Assembly: GCA_016714495.1 (NCBI GenBank)
Contig: JADKDU010000007.1
Location: 59,438 to 123,437 of the forward strand
Length of the DNA: 64,000 bases
Direction of reading: 5' to 3'
Source: Hyphomonadaceae bacterium
GTDB taxonomy: Bacteria; Pseudomonadota; Alphaproteobacteria; Caulobacterales; Hyphomonadaceae
Shown: positions 40,727-50,003 of the stretch, in pieces
Layout: every line of letters starts with the position of its first letter
Numbering within the stretch: position 1 is the stretch's first letter
Program-made: the position numbers and the translations under genes
The notes under the pieces: generated by a model
What the model was told of the DNA's origin: nothing
Database searches by the model: none
The model's input: the letters and a program-made list of their open reading frames with translations, nothing else

Positions 40727-41275
40727 CTACTTGCGCCAGACCGACAGCGGATCGAACGCGCCGCCTTCGGCGGCGGCACGCAGGCGGTCGATCTGCTTCA
40801 TGACGTGATTGTCGGCCGGCGGGGGGCTTTCGGAGTACAGCGTCGAATCGAAGCGATAAACACGCTCATAGAGGGCGCGCGAGCGGTCGACGAGCGACAT
40901 CAGCGGCGCAGGCATCACGGCGCGATCGACCGGGTGAGGCTCGCCCGGGCGCGAGATGCGATATTTCTCGTCGCCGGCTTCCTCGACCCTCATGTCCTTC
41001 TCGCGAACGGCGCGTTGCACGACCAGCCACGAGGCCGCCTGCATCAGACGCGTCGTCACTTCCATGCTCTCGGCGGCGTAGACCAGCGCGAGTTCGCGGT
41101 TCAGCTTGCGGGAATCCGTGCGGCCAGCGCCGTCGAGATAGCTGGCGGCTTCTTCAACGAGGGACATGCCCTCCTTGAACAGGCGGTCGAACATCTCAGA
41201 GCCGGCAAACTCCGTCACCCGGCGCTTCCAGTCGTCGCGCATTGGATCGGAAGATTGCATTGCGTCGCGCATCAT
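40727..41275 (-). CDS. rcdA: DUF1465 family protein (RcdA-like regulator of CtrA degradation)
   Basis: FDRLFKEGMSLVEEAASYLDG, ALVYAAESMEVTTRLMQAASWLVVQRAV. Start taken at the ATG pair after GAGGG. Confidence 0.75.
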   Translation of the reverse strand: MMRDAMQSSDPMRDDWKRRVTEFAGSEMFDRLFKEGMSLVEEAASYLDGAGRTDSRKLNRELALVYAAESMEVTTRLMQAASWLVVQRAVREKDMRVEEAGDEKYRISRPGEPHPVDRAVMPAPLMSLVDRSRALYERVYRFDSTLYSESPPPADNHVMKQIDRLRAAAEGGAFDPLSVWRK

Positions 41276-41511
41276 ACCCTCAAAAATACATCCGTCCGGC
41301 GAGCAGTCTCTGCCTGAGACCTTGCACAAGCCTTATGAACGGTAACCCCGTGGTTCGTACCGGTATCACGCAAGACCCTTGCCGCTTTATGAGATGGTGT
41401 AACGGGCCGAGGCGGCGCCTGAGGCTTTAGCTGAAGGTGGTCATCCCCCAGAATGATGGTCTGAACGGCGTACGGTTTTTGGCCGGCGCCAAGCATCTTC
41501 GGAGGATGACC

Positions 41512-41750
41512 ATGGATAAGTATGCCGGCATCGATGTGTCTTTGGAAGTGAGCCACGTGTGCGTTGTTGATAGCCAGGGAAGATATTGAAGGAGGCCAAG
41601 GTCGCCAGCGAACCGGACGTGGGGTTTGCGTTGGCGGCAGGCGGTGGCCTTGAGGCTGGCCCGTGTGAGTGGCTTTACGCCGGCAGGGGGGGAGCTTTGG
41701 GCGCTGGCGCGTTGGCCGGTCAAGCGATGCAAGGATCCGGACCCAGTTGA
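41512..41750 (+). mobile_element. IS110-family transposase N-terminal fragment (frameshifted, truncated)
   Basis: GGAGGA then ATG. MDKYAGIDVSLEVSHVCVVDSQG runs to a stop; the next frame reads GKILKEAKVASEP...GLEAGPCEWLYAG. The C-terminal transposase domain is absent. Confidence 0.6.
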
Positions 41751-42318
41751 TGCGGGGCGGTGACGGTCCGGCGGGGGCCGGGGGGGTGCCGAGGGGGGGG
41801 GTGCTGAGCTGTGGGTGGAAGCGGCTGTTTACGGATCGGTAAGGGTAGCGGCGCGTCGACGTCTGAGACGCGCGGAGTTGGCGTGTACGGTGGGGCATCG
41901 AGATCCAGGTTAGGGGGCTTTGGACTGACGCAAAGAAGTACCAGTCCGAGAGACCGACATCACCGGGAGACGGCGGCGGAGGGGGGCAGCCAACGTCACG
42001 GGTCAACCTCAGAGGGCAGGAGGGCCTGGCGCAAGCTTTCAGTATCGCACCGGACAGTACGCTGCGGGCAGGCCTAGCCAACGCACCACGCAAGAGCCAC
42101 ACGAGAGCCATTTAGCGGGTCAAACCATCACCCACGAGTCCCTCGGGACGCAGGACGGTCAGGACGCAGCCCTAACGGCTTGAGATGTCGGCCGATCCTT
42201 TTGGACCCCATCACAGCACCGGTGACTGGGACAAGCATGAAGCCGGCGACGTGACGAAGCTTAGAAGGGATTGACACGAGGCCCGTTACAGAAGGCGACC
42301 GTTTGAGCAAGCTTAATT

Positions 42319-42495
42319 TCAGGACTTGAAGAAAGCCGCTTCCGCCGCCTTCCGCGTCGCCTCCTTCTTCACGATCATGGCCTCGCAGGCCGATATCTCG
42401 CCTTTCAGAGCTTCGATCCGCTCCTTCAGGTCCTGGATCGACATGTCGTCCAGCGACCGTTTAACGACCCGAATGGGCTCTTCGTCGAATGTCAT
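42319..42495 (-). CDS. DUF1192 domain protein
   Basis: MTFDEEPIRVVKRSLDDMSIQDLKERIEALKGEISACEAMI, 58 aa. GAGGAG upstream of ATG 42495. Confidence 0.7.
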   Translation of the reverse strand: MTFDEEPIRVVKRSLDDMSIQDLKERIEALKGEISACEAMIVKKEATRKAAEAAFFKS

Positions 42496-42602
42496 GGCCG
42501 TGTCTCCTCGGTTCTGACCTGCCGCTTTCCCTCCCCCTTCTTGACCACGTGGCCTCCACGCGCCCAAGAAGCCGCAGCCCCTTGTCATGATTAAAACCCG
42601 GG

Positions 42603-43592
42603 ATGCGCCAAATGTCCAAACCGATGATGACCGCGGTGAAGTCCGTGGTGGGACAGAAGCTGACGCTGCATGAGATCGAAAAGCCCTCGCCTGGACCAGG
42701 GCAAGTGCTGATCCGGGTGCGCGCGGCTGGGGTAAACCGTCCCGACCTAGTGCAGCGGGCGGGCAAGTACCCGCCGCCTCCGGGCGCCCCCGACACGCTG
42801 GGGCTTGAGATTGCGGGCGACATCGAGGCCGTGGGGCCTGGCGTCACGCGCTGGAAAGGCGGCGAGAAGGTCTGCGCGCTGGTTCCCGGCGGCGGCTATG
42901 CCGAATATGCGCTGGCGCACGAAGGCTCGACCATGCCCATCCCTGAGCCGCTGAGCTATATGGAGGCAGCCGGCCTTCCCGAAACCGTGCTGACCGTCTG
43001 GAACAACGTGTTCGAGATGGGCAAGCTGAAAACGGGCGAGGTGCTGCTGATCCATGGCGGCGCCAGCGGCATCGGCACCACGGCGATCCAGATCGCCAAG
43101 GCCTGGGGCGCTACGGTTTACGCAACGGCGGGCTCGGAGGAGAAAAGCCGGCTCTGCGAAAAGCTCGGGGCGACGCGAGGCATCAACTACAAGACCGAGG
43201 ATTTCGAAGCCGTGATGCGTGACGCCGGCGGCGTCGATGTGATCCTCGACATGGTCGGCCGGCCATACTTCGACAAGAACCTTACCATCCTCAAGGACCT
43301 CGGCCGCCTCTGCTACATCGCTTTCCTGCATGGCTCGAAGGTCGAGGGCGACCTGCTGCGCGTCATGATGAAACGCCTCACGATTGTCGGCTCGACGCTG
43401 CGTATCCGCACTGACGACTACAAGGGCATGTTGGCCCGCGGCGTGGTCGAGAATGTCTGGCCGATGATCAGGGACGGCCGCTTCCGACCGCTGGTGAGCG
43501 GCACATTCCCCTTGGCCGAAGCCGACGCGGCCCACGCAAAAATGGACACCGCCGACCACGCAGGAAAGATCATTCTGGACCTCAGCAAGTAG
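42603..43592 (+). CDS. NAD(P)H:quinone oxidoreductase (zeta-crystallin/PIG3 family)
   Basis: VLIRVRAAGVNRPDLVQRAGKYPPPPGAPDTLGLEIAG, LIHGGASGIGT. Several in-frame ATGs (42603-42627), so the start is uncertain. Confidence 0.85.
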   Translation: MRQMSKPMMTAVKSVVGQKLTLHEIEKPSPGPGQVLIRVRAAGVNRPDLVQRAGKYPPPPGAPDTLGLEIAGDIEAVGPGVTRWKGGEKVCALVPGGGYAEYALAHEGSTMPIPEPLSYMEAAGLPETVLTVWNNVFEMGKLKTGEVLLIHGGASGIGTTAIQIAKAWGATVYATAGSEEKSRLCEKLGATRGINYKTEDFEAVMRDAGGVDVILDMVGRPYFDKNLTILKDLGRLCYIAFLHGSKVEGDLLRVMMKRLTIVGSTLRIRTDDYKGMLARGVVENVWPMIRDGRFRPLVSGTFPLAEADAAHAKMDTADHAGKIILDLSK

Positions 43593-43719
43593 AGTTCACG
43601 ATCTTGGCGTCGCGCAACCCACGACCCCAGGACCGCTCCGGTTACGGGAAAAATCAGCCTGAATACCCTTCTGGCTGATTTCACTCGAAATTTCGTGCGC
43701 TGATCGCACTAATTCCCGG

Positions 43720-43748
43720 TTCACAACTGTGCAAAACGGACCTATATG
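43720..43748 (+). promoter_or_regulatory. sigma-70-like promoter candidate
   Basis: TTCACA, 17 nt, TATATG, in a locally AT-richer spacer about 90 nt upstream of the DUF1013 start. Confidence 0.4.
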
Positions 43749-43787
43749 AGGCCCGCTCAGGACTATTTCCTATTCTCACACCCGAGA

Positions 43788-43819
43788 AACCCGGCCCTCA
43801 GCGCCGGGTTTTTCGTTTT
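43788..43819 (+). terminator. terminator-like hairpin in the DUF1013 leader
   Basis: AACCCGGC-cctcagc-GCCGGGTT followed by TTTCGTTTT. It ends 20 nt before ATG 43840. Confidence 0.6.
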
Positions 43820-43839
43820 CAGGACTACGAGGCGCCCCC

Positions 43840-44547
43840 ATGGCCAAAATTCTCATGCCCAAAGCGACAGCCGTCTGGCTGATCGACAACACCACGCTGA
43901 CCTTCGAACAGATCGCGGAATTCTGCGAACTTCACCCGCTTGAGGTCAAAGGCATCGCCGATGGCGAGGTTGCCGAGAACATGCGCGGCGCCGATCCGGT
44001 CGCTTCGGGCGAACTCACTCGGGAGGAAATCGCAAAGGGCGAGGAAGACAAGACCTACAGTCTGCAGATGCCGCCGATGAAGCACGCCAACGTGCCGGAG
44101 CCCAAGAAGAAGGGCGCCCGTTTCACCCCGGTGTCGCGTCGCAAGGACCGTCCGGACGCCATCGCCTGGTTCCTGCGACATCACCCGGAAATCACCGATG
44201 CGCAGATTTCGCGCCTGATCGGCACGACCAAATCCACCATTGAATCGGTGCGCTCGCGCCAGCATTGGAACGCAACGAACCTGAAACCGGTTGATCCGGT
44301 GACGCTGGGCCTGTGCACGCAGATTGAGCTCGACGCCGTCGTGTCGAAGGCCGCCGCCAAGCGCACGCAGTCGCGCGACGAGAAAGACGCGCGCCTTGCC
44401 GGCCCGACACTGCGCAAGGTCGTGACGCCTCCTCCCGCCTCCCCTTCGGACGAGGCCCCGGCGGATGGCGAAGAACCCAGGCGCGAAAACATCACGGCCG
44501 AACAGCTCTTCGCCAATTTCGGCAAGAATAAAACGGCCGACGAATAA
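43840..44547 (+). CDS. DUF1013 domain protein (possibly TrcR-type cell-cycle regulator)
   Basis: MAKILMPKATAVWLIDNTTLTFEQIAEFCELHPLEVKGIADGEVA and STIESVRSRQHWN. Confidence 0.8.
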   Translation: MAKILMPKATAVWLIDNTTLTFEQIAEFCELHPLEVKGIADGEVAENMRGADPVASGELTREEIAKGEEDKTYSLQMPPMKHANVPEPKKKGARFTPVSRRKDRPDAIAWFLRHHPEITDAQISRLIGTTKSTIESVRSRQHWNATNLKPVDPVTLGLCTQIELDAVVSKAAAKRTQSRDEKDARLAGPTLRKVVTPPPASPSDEAPADGEEPRRENITAEQLFANFGKNKTADE

Positions 44548-44565
44548 GTCAGTCTTCCTGAAAGA

Positions 44566-44940
44566 TCAGTCTTCCGCCGGATAGGCCGGGCCGTCATCGC
44601 TGGCGCGCTCGGCCGCCGGCGTGCTGGGGTGAACGGGTCGTGGCGCCAGCGGCGCCCGCCCAGCCAGCGCATCCTCGATGCCTTCGAGCCTGTCATGTGA
44701 CCGGTTCAACGCCACCAGAATGTCCGCCATCATTCTGAGCCCGAGCCAGATGGCGAAGGGAATGGCAATGCCAAACGCCAGTTGAAGCCCAGCGACGACA
44801 TAATGCTCCGCCACCACGCTGCCGACGGCCAGGAAAAGCATGACCACGGAGGTCAGCCCCAGAAACCCGCCCGCCAGCGCCAGCGCCGAGCGCAGCAGGC
44901 TCGGCGACACCGGCTGTTCATTGTCCCAGAGGCCTCGCAT
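44566..44940 (-). CDS. hypothetical membrane protein
   Basis: 124 aa, two TM helices and a Pro-rich tail. No family recognised. Confidence 0.45.
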   Translation of the reverse strand: MRGLWDNEQPVSPSLLRSALALAGGFLGLTSVVMLFLAVGSVVAEHYVVAGLQLAFGIAIPFAIWLGLRMMADILVALNRSHDRLEGIEDALAGRAPLAPRPVHPSTPAAERASDDGPAYPAED

Positions 44941-45115
44941 CGTTCTTCCTCGTCCGCCGCATGCACGCCCCTTGCGCGCACATTCGCGCGCCCGCGCGGG
45001 ACGTCAATCGAGAGTTGAGCGATGCTTGCCGATATGCGCGCACGCAGCCGAAATAGCCGGTGCGCGCGTGGAATCCGGTAAGTAAGTCCCGCGCCGTTCG
45101 GCCCGGGAGGCCAGC

Positions 45116-45283
45116 CTAGTTCGTTCTAAGCTGGGCGATCTCGTCTTTTATTCGAAGCTTCTTCCGTTTCAGTTCGTGAACGCGCAGGTCATCGCCGGCG
45201 GGGTGTTTAAGCTCGGCGGCGATCGCCGCCTCTAAACGCTTGTGGCGCTCGCTCAATTCCCGAACGCGTGCTTCCTGGCTCAT
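45116..45283 (-). CDS. DUF465 (YdcH-like) protein, 55 aa, absent from the ORF track
   Basis: AAGGAG 9 nt upstream of ATG 45283. MSQEARVRELSERHKRLEAAIAAELKHPAGDDLRVHELKRKKLRIKDEIAQL is the DUF465 signature. Confidence 0.65.
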   Translation of the reverse strand: MSQEARVRELSERHKRLEAAIAAELKHPAGDDLRVHELKRKKLRIKDEIAQLRTN

Positions 45284-45766
45284 AAAGGGCATCTCCTTTT
45301 CAGGGGCCGTCCAGACCTTGTCCGCAAAGGGATTTCAGCCCGGCACGACCCACCCCGACCGCGAGCGGAAGGGCGGCGTCCGCCACGGTTCCGATGGAGA
45401 AATCGGGGAGACCGTCGCGGCTCGCTGACCAGCCGCACGAGAAATGAACCACGAAGAAATTCGCGCGTCACGACTTGAAAGCTTCAAATTCTCCCTCCGC
45501 ATGAAAAAAGATCAATCTGCCTCAGACACAACGCCCGACGCCCATGCGGAAGGCGCCCCACGGCGGCGCGCAGTTGCGCGACCCGCCTTCACGGAATCCT
45601 CCGGATTTGATATGGCGTGCGCCGGCGGGAGGGCAGATGGGCAGAGCCCGTCGCATTCGCTCTCGCGTTCCAGCGCCTTGAATCGCATCCGGAATCCGGA
45701 TGGGGCTCGGGCTCACCAGAACCGGAGTCGGCGCGTTTGAGTGATATCGTCTTCGACCCAGCTGAC

Positions 45767-45955
45767 ATGGAAGGCATGCTCGTGCGCCTTGAAGACCTGC
45801 GTTTACGCCATCGCGAGCTCGACAAGACGATCGACGAACTGGAGTTGGCGGGCGGCCAAGACATCCAGGTGATGGGCCTAAAGCGCGAAAAGCTGCGCGT
45901 GAAGGACCGGATCGTATGGCTGTCTTCGAAGATCACGCCGGACATCATCGCCTAG
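45767..45955 (+). CDS. DUF465 (YdcH-like) protein
   Basis: LEDLRLRHRELDKTIDELELAGGQDIQVMGLKREKLRVKDRIVWL. Start is ATG 45767 or upstream TTG 45737. Confidence 0.6.
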   Translation: MEGMLVRLEDLRLRHRELDKTIDELELAGGQDIQVMGLKREKLRVKDRIVWLSSKITPDIIA

Positions 45956-46126
45956 CAAATTCGCGCGACGCACGAAGCGAACCGCCCCGTCGGCGGCCCC
46001 TACGTGACAGTTTTGCATCGACAGCGGGCAATCCGTATCACGCACACAAATTCGGCGAACCGAGACGAGACTCCTGAAAGCCGTTCGGGTGATCTGCGCT
46101 CAGAATTCACCCCCGGGGAGCGATTT

Positions 46127-48343
46127 ATGTCTCGATCGAAGATCTCGAAAGCAAAATTCATTGCCAGCCTGATGGCCGCTGCGTCCGCCGCAGCTCTCAT
46201 GGCCGCGCCGGCCGTTGCGCAGCAGGCAGGTGACGACAGCCGCCTCGACACCGTGATCATCACGGCGACGCAGCGCGAGGAAAACCTGCAGGACGTGCCG
46301 GTTTCGGCTGCAACCATGCCGGACGACCAGGTCGCCGCCGTGTTCTCCGCGGGTGAAGACGTGGTCGCCCTTGCTGCCCGGGTCCCTGCTCTCTACGCCG
46401 AAAGCTCGAATGGCCGTGTCGCGCCGCGCTTCTACATCCGCGGCCTCGGCAACACCGACTTCGACCTCGCCGCTTCCCAGCCCGTCTCGATCATCATGGA
46501 CGACGTCGTGATGGAGAACGTAGTGCTCAAGTCGACGCCGATCTTCGACGTTGATCGCGTCGAGGTCTATCGCGGCCCGCAAGGCACGCTGTTCGGCCGC
46601 AACACGACCGCCGGCATCGTGCGCTTCACTTCCGTCAGGCCGACCGAAGAATTCGACTACAATGCCCAGGCCACGGTCGGCAGCTACGGCACCCGGACGT
46701 TCGAAGGCGGCATCGGCGGCGCCATCGCACCGGGCGTCCAGATGCGCGGCTCCATGCTGTACCAGCACCGCGATGACTGGATCGACAACACGCTCGTCAA
46801 AGGCGACGACAATCTCGGCGGGTTTGACGAAATCGCCGGCCGCGTTCAGATCGCTCTTCAACCGACCGACAAGCTGGACATCCTGCTCAACGTGCACGGT
46901 CGCGATCTCGACGGCACAGCCGCCATCTTCCGAGCCAACGTAATCGACGTCGGCGGCAATGGCCTGAACGGCAATTACGACCGCGACACGGTCACCTACA
47001 ACCAGGGTGGCGGAAACCCTCAGCACTACAATGGCTGGGGCGGTTCGGCGAACATCGGCTATGATTTCGGCGACATCAAGCTAACCTCGATCACTGCCTA
47101 TGAAAGCACCAATGGCTCCAGCCGCGGCGACATCGACGGCGGCGTCGCCGGCGTTGGTCCGGGCATCATTCCGTTCGAGTCGGACACACAGGACTCGATC
47201 GACAAGCTCGGCCAGACCACGCAGGAAATCCGCCTTGCCAGCGACACGGCCGGCCCGCTGCAATGGCAGACCGGCGCCTACTATTTCGACTCATCCTTCA
47301 CCGTCACCACGGTTGGACCGTCGGGCTTCCCATTCCCGACAACGCTGAAGCACGAGAACACGGCTTGGGCCGTATTCGGTCAGGGAACTTATACGCTGTC
47401 TGATGCACTCAAGGTGACCGCCGGCCTGCGCTACACCAACGACGAAAAAACGCTCACGGCTGTTGAAGCGCCATTCACCAACCCGTTGGTGGCGGACGGC
47501 GATCAGGTTTCGATCGAGGACGACTACGTCAGCTGGGACCTGAGCGCGCTGTACGATGTTACTGACGACTTCTCGATTTATGCCCGAGTGTCGGATGGCT
47601 TCCGCGGCCCTTCCATTCAGGGACGCGATGTCGCCTTCGGGTCCACGCCCACGGTTGCAGACTCAGAAACTGTTCTGTCGTGGGAAGTCGGAGTCAAGTC
47701 TACGTTGCTTGACAACACGCTGCGCTTCAATGCGTCCGCCTTCACCTACGAAGTTTCCGACATGCAACTTACAAGTGTAGGCGGCGCCGGCGGCAATTTG
47801 GTGCAGCTGGTAAACGCCGACTCAGGCACAGCTGTCGGCTTCGAGGTCGACGCTGAATGGGCGCCGCTCGACAACCTCGTCTTCACGGGCGGCTACTCCT
47901 ATGTCGACACCGAGATCGAAGATTCGGACCTGGGCGTGCGTCCCTGCCTCCAATGCACGGTGACCGACTCCTTCGATGGACTTGGCCGCGCGTTGATAGA
48001 TGGCAACCCGTTCCCCAACGCTCCGGAAACAATCGCCAACTTCACGGCGCGCTACGCCATCCCGCTTGGCGCGGACGGCGAACTTTTCGCCTACACCGAC
48101 TGGTCCTATCAGGGCGCGACGAATCTCTTCCTGTACGAGTCGATTGAATTCCAGACCGACGAGCAGTTCGAAGGCGGCTTGAAGCTCGGCTGGGCGCGCA
48201 CCGATGGCTCACTAGAGGTTGCAGCCTTTGCCCGCAACATCACGGACGAGGACAATATCAAGGGCGGCATCGACTTCAACAACAACACGGCCTTCGTCAA
48301 CGAGCCGCGCATCATCGGCATCTCAGCGCGCATCGCGAACTAG
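46127..48343 (+). CDS. TonB-dependent receptor
   Basis: Signal peptide ending AVAQQ, plug DTVIITATQREENLQDVPVS, RVEVYRGPQGTLFGRNTTAG, terminal beta-strand ending in aromatic-X. Confidence 0.9.
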   Translation: MSRSKISKAKFIASLMAAASAAALMAAPAVAQQAGDDSRLDTVIITATQREENLQDVPVSAATMPDDQVAAVFSAGEDVVALAARVPALYAESSNGRVAPRFYIRGLGNTDFDLAASQPVSIIMDDVVMENVVLKSTPIFDVDRVEVYRGPQGTLFGRNTTAGIVRFTSVRPTEEFDYNAQATVGSYGTRTFEGGIGGAIAPGVQMRGSMLYQHRDDWIDNTLVKGDDNLGGFDEIAGRVQIALQPTDKLDILLNVHGRDLDGTAAIFRANVIDVGGNGLNGNYDRDTVTYNQGGGNPQHYNGWGGSANIGYDFGDIKLTSITAYESTNGSSRGDIDGGVAGVGPGIIPFESDTQDSIDKLGQTTQEIRLASDTAGPLQWQTGAYYFDSSFTVTTVGPSGFPFPTTLKHENTAWAVFGQGTYTLSDALKVTAGLRYTNDEKTLTAVEAPFTNPLVADGDQVSIEDDYVSWDLSALYDVTDDFSIYARVSDGFRGPSIQGRDVAFGSTPTVADSETVLSWEVGVKSTLLDNTLRFNASAFTYEVSDMQLTSVGGAGGNLVQLVNADSGTAVGFEVDAEWAPLDNLVFTGGYSYVDTEIEDSDLGVRPCLQCTVTDSFDGLGRALIDGNPFPNAPETIANFTARYAIPLGADGELFAYTDWSYQGATNLFLYESIEFQTDEQFEGGLKLGWARTDGSLEVAAFARNITDEDNIKGGIDFNNNTAFVNEPRIIGISARIAN

Positions 48344-48366
48344 GCTGAACCACGTTCAGACAAAAA

Positions 48367-48403
48367 GGGCCGCTCCGGACAACTCCGGGGCGGCCTTTTG
48401 TGT
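48367..48403 (+). terminator. rho-independent terminator
   Basis: GGGCCGCTCCGG-acaact-CCGGGGCGGCC (one G-T wobble) followed by TTTTGTGTT. Confidence 0.7.
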
Positions 48404-48472
48404 TACCGCAACAACAAAAGCAAAGCGCCGCCCCCGTGAGGGAGCGGCGCAAGCTTTGTCGACTAGACTAAA

Positions 48473-49045
48473 TTACGATGCACGAGCCGGCGTGGTCGGA
48501 GCCGTAGGCTCTTCCGTGACCGGGGCGGCGGCCTCGCTCGGCTCCGGTTTCGGACCGGTCGTGCAGCAACGGATCTGCATCTCGAGGACCTGGTCGTTGA
48601 AGCGGCAACCTTCGTCGCTGATCTCACGCAGGATCGACGGCGCGCCGGCGCGATAAGTAAAGCGTGTCTGCACGCACGACTGCACTTTGTATCCCGTGCC
48701 GCAGGCGCCGACTTTCGACTTCTGGACCGTTTTGGTTTCGCAGTTGAAAGCAGCTTGCGTCATTGCGGCGTCGGCAGCGGCCTTGGCCGCATCAGCCGAT
48801 GCCTGGGCCGAGTTGGCGCGCGACAGAGCGCTGTCAGCGATCTGGCGGGCCTGGCTGAGGCTCATGTTCGTTTCGGAGAGCGCGCGCTTCTGACCGTCGA
48901 CCTCGACGTTCATCTTGCACACGTCCTTGTTCACATTGTCCGGGTTCGAGCAGTATTCGACCACGGTCATGTCTTCAGGAATCTGCTGACACGCAGCCGC
49001 TGCAATCGCCATGGCGAACGCAGCTGCGATCGTTTTGAAATTCAT
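48473..49045 (-). CDS. Cys-rich lipoprotein with Ala-rich Lpp-like segment (hypothetical)
   Basis: MNFKTIAAAFAMAIAAAAC lipobox, eight further Cys, SRANSAQASADAAKAAADAA helix, Pro/Thr-rich tail. Confidence 0.55.
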   Translation of the reverse strand: MNFKTIAAAFAMAIAAAACQQIPEDMTVVEYCSNPDNVNKDVCKMNVEVDGQKRALSETNMSLSQARQIADSALSRANSAQASADAAKAAADAAMTQAAFNCETKTVQKSKVGACGTGYKVQSCVQTRFTYRAGAPSILREISDEGCRFNDQVLEMQIRCCTTGPKPEPSEAAAPVTEEPTAPTTPARAS

Positions 49046-49339
49046 ACTGATTATCCTCCATCACCTTGCCGAGAACATGTAGCAGCGCGGGAAGTCGGCA
49101 AGTGAAACAACGGCAAACCTTCACGCAATCAGCAGCTTGCGGCGCTGCATTCGCCTTCCGCGCGTGTGGAAAAACCCCAGTTCCGATTACGCGGAGTTCA
49201 TCCGCGTTCGGACATTCCTGATTCAATTGCGATTCCGCCAAGCGGCTCGAGCGGGTCTGGCGCCGCTATCGCGGTTTGCCGCAAGCGCGTGGCGCTGCAT
49301 GAATTTTTGCTCACGCTTCAAGCTTTTATCGATTTTCAC

Positions 49340-49573
49340 CTATTCGCGGGCGAGCGCCTCGATCGGATCGAGCTTCGATGCGCTCCTCGCGGGGAGAAAC
49401 CCAAAGGCGACGCCGATCGCGGTTGAGCACGCGAACGCCATCACGATCGATGCAAGGGAGAAGTCGAGCACGAAGGACGAATTGAACAAAGGAAAGATGG
49501 CTCCGAAGCTCAGCGCCAAGCCAACGCCCAACGCACCGCCGATCATGCACACGAGGATCGCCTCGATCAGGAA
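49340..49573 (-). pseudogene. FtsX/MacB-type ABC permease, C-terminal 77-aa fragment
   Basis: FLIEAILVCMIGGALGVGLAL...AIGVAFGFLPARSASKLDPIEALARE is the last TM pair of the FtsX domain. An in-frame TAA lies immediately upstream and nothing N-terminal remains. Confidence 0.6.
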
Positions 49574-49576
49574 TTA

Positions 49577-49822
49577 TTGCATGATAACCGTCGTGCCAAT
49601 CGCTGGAATGATCGCAACGATCATCGCTACGATCGCGATCACACGTGGAAGCGCGGCGACCGCCTCGGCGACTACCATCGCAGCTATCGCGAAATCGACT
49701 ATCGCAGCAACCGCCTGCAAACCCCGCCGCACGGCTACCACTATCTGCGGGACAATAACACCGGCGAGATCATCCTCGCCGCCATCGCCGCCGGGATCAT
49801 CGCTTCGATCATCCTGAACTAG
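49577..49822 (+). pseudogene. RcnB-family protein lacking its signal peptide (5'-truncated?)
   Basis: WKRGDRLGDYHRSYREIDYRSNRLQTPPHGYHYLRDNNTGEIILAAIAAGIIASIIL fits RcnB. The only start is a TTG that abuts the FtsX fragment. Confidence 0.5.
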
Positions 49823-50003
49823 CGAGCCGCCTCGCTCAGGCCGGAGGCGCGGCCTGAACACACGCCGCTCCGGAGGAAACTCCGGAGCGGTTCTGTGTTC
49901 GGTCAGCAGATTCTTCGGCAAGATGCGGTTCGGGCCGACCTTGCGGGTCGTCATCATCGATGGCTTCGTAGGTTTCATCGATTCACGCGCCCGGAGACCC
50001 GCC

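Noticed and set aside
41272-42111. 279-aa minus-strand ORF, Pro/Arg/Thr-rich, spanning the IS remnant
   Set aside because: It is the complement of G-run-rich, decayed DNA. It has low complexity, no RBS and no family resemblance, and it overlaps the rcdA start.
45444-45740. 98-aa ORF inside the DUF465 divergent spacer
   Set aside because: The composition is Arg/Ser/Ala-rich, there is no RBS or motif, and third-position bias is poor.
49137-49817. 226-aa plus-strand ORF with an apparent TM-like IAGMIATIIATIAIT stretch
   Set aside because: It is an out-of-frame reading of the RcnB-like repeat-rich sequence and an antisense reading of the FtsX fragment. The periodic ATCGC repeats create the hydrophobic run.
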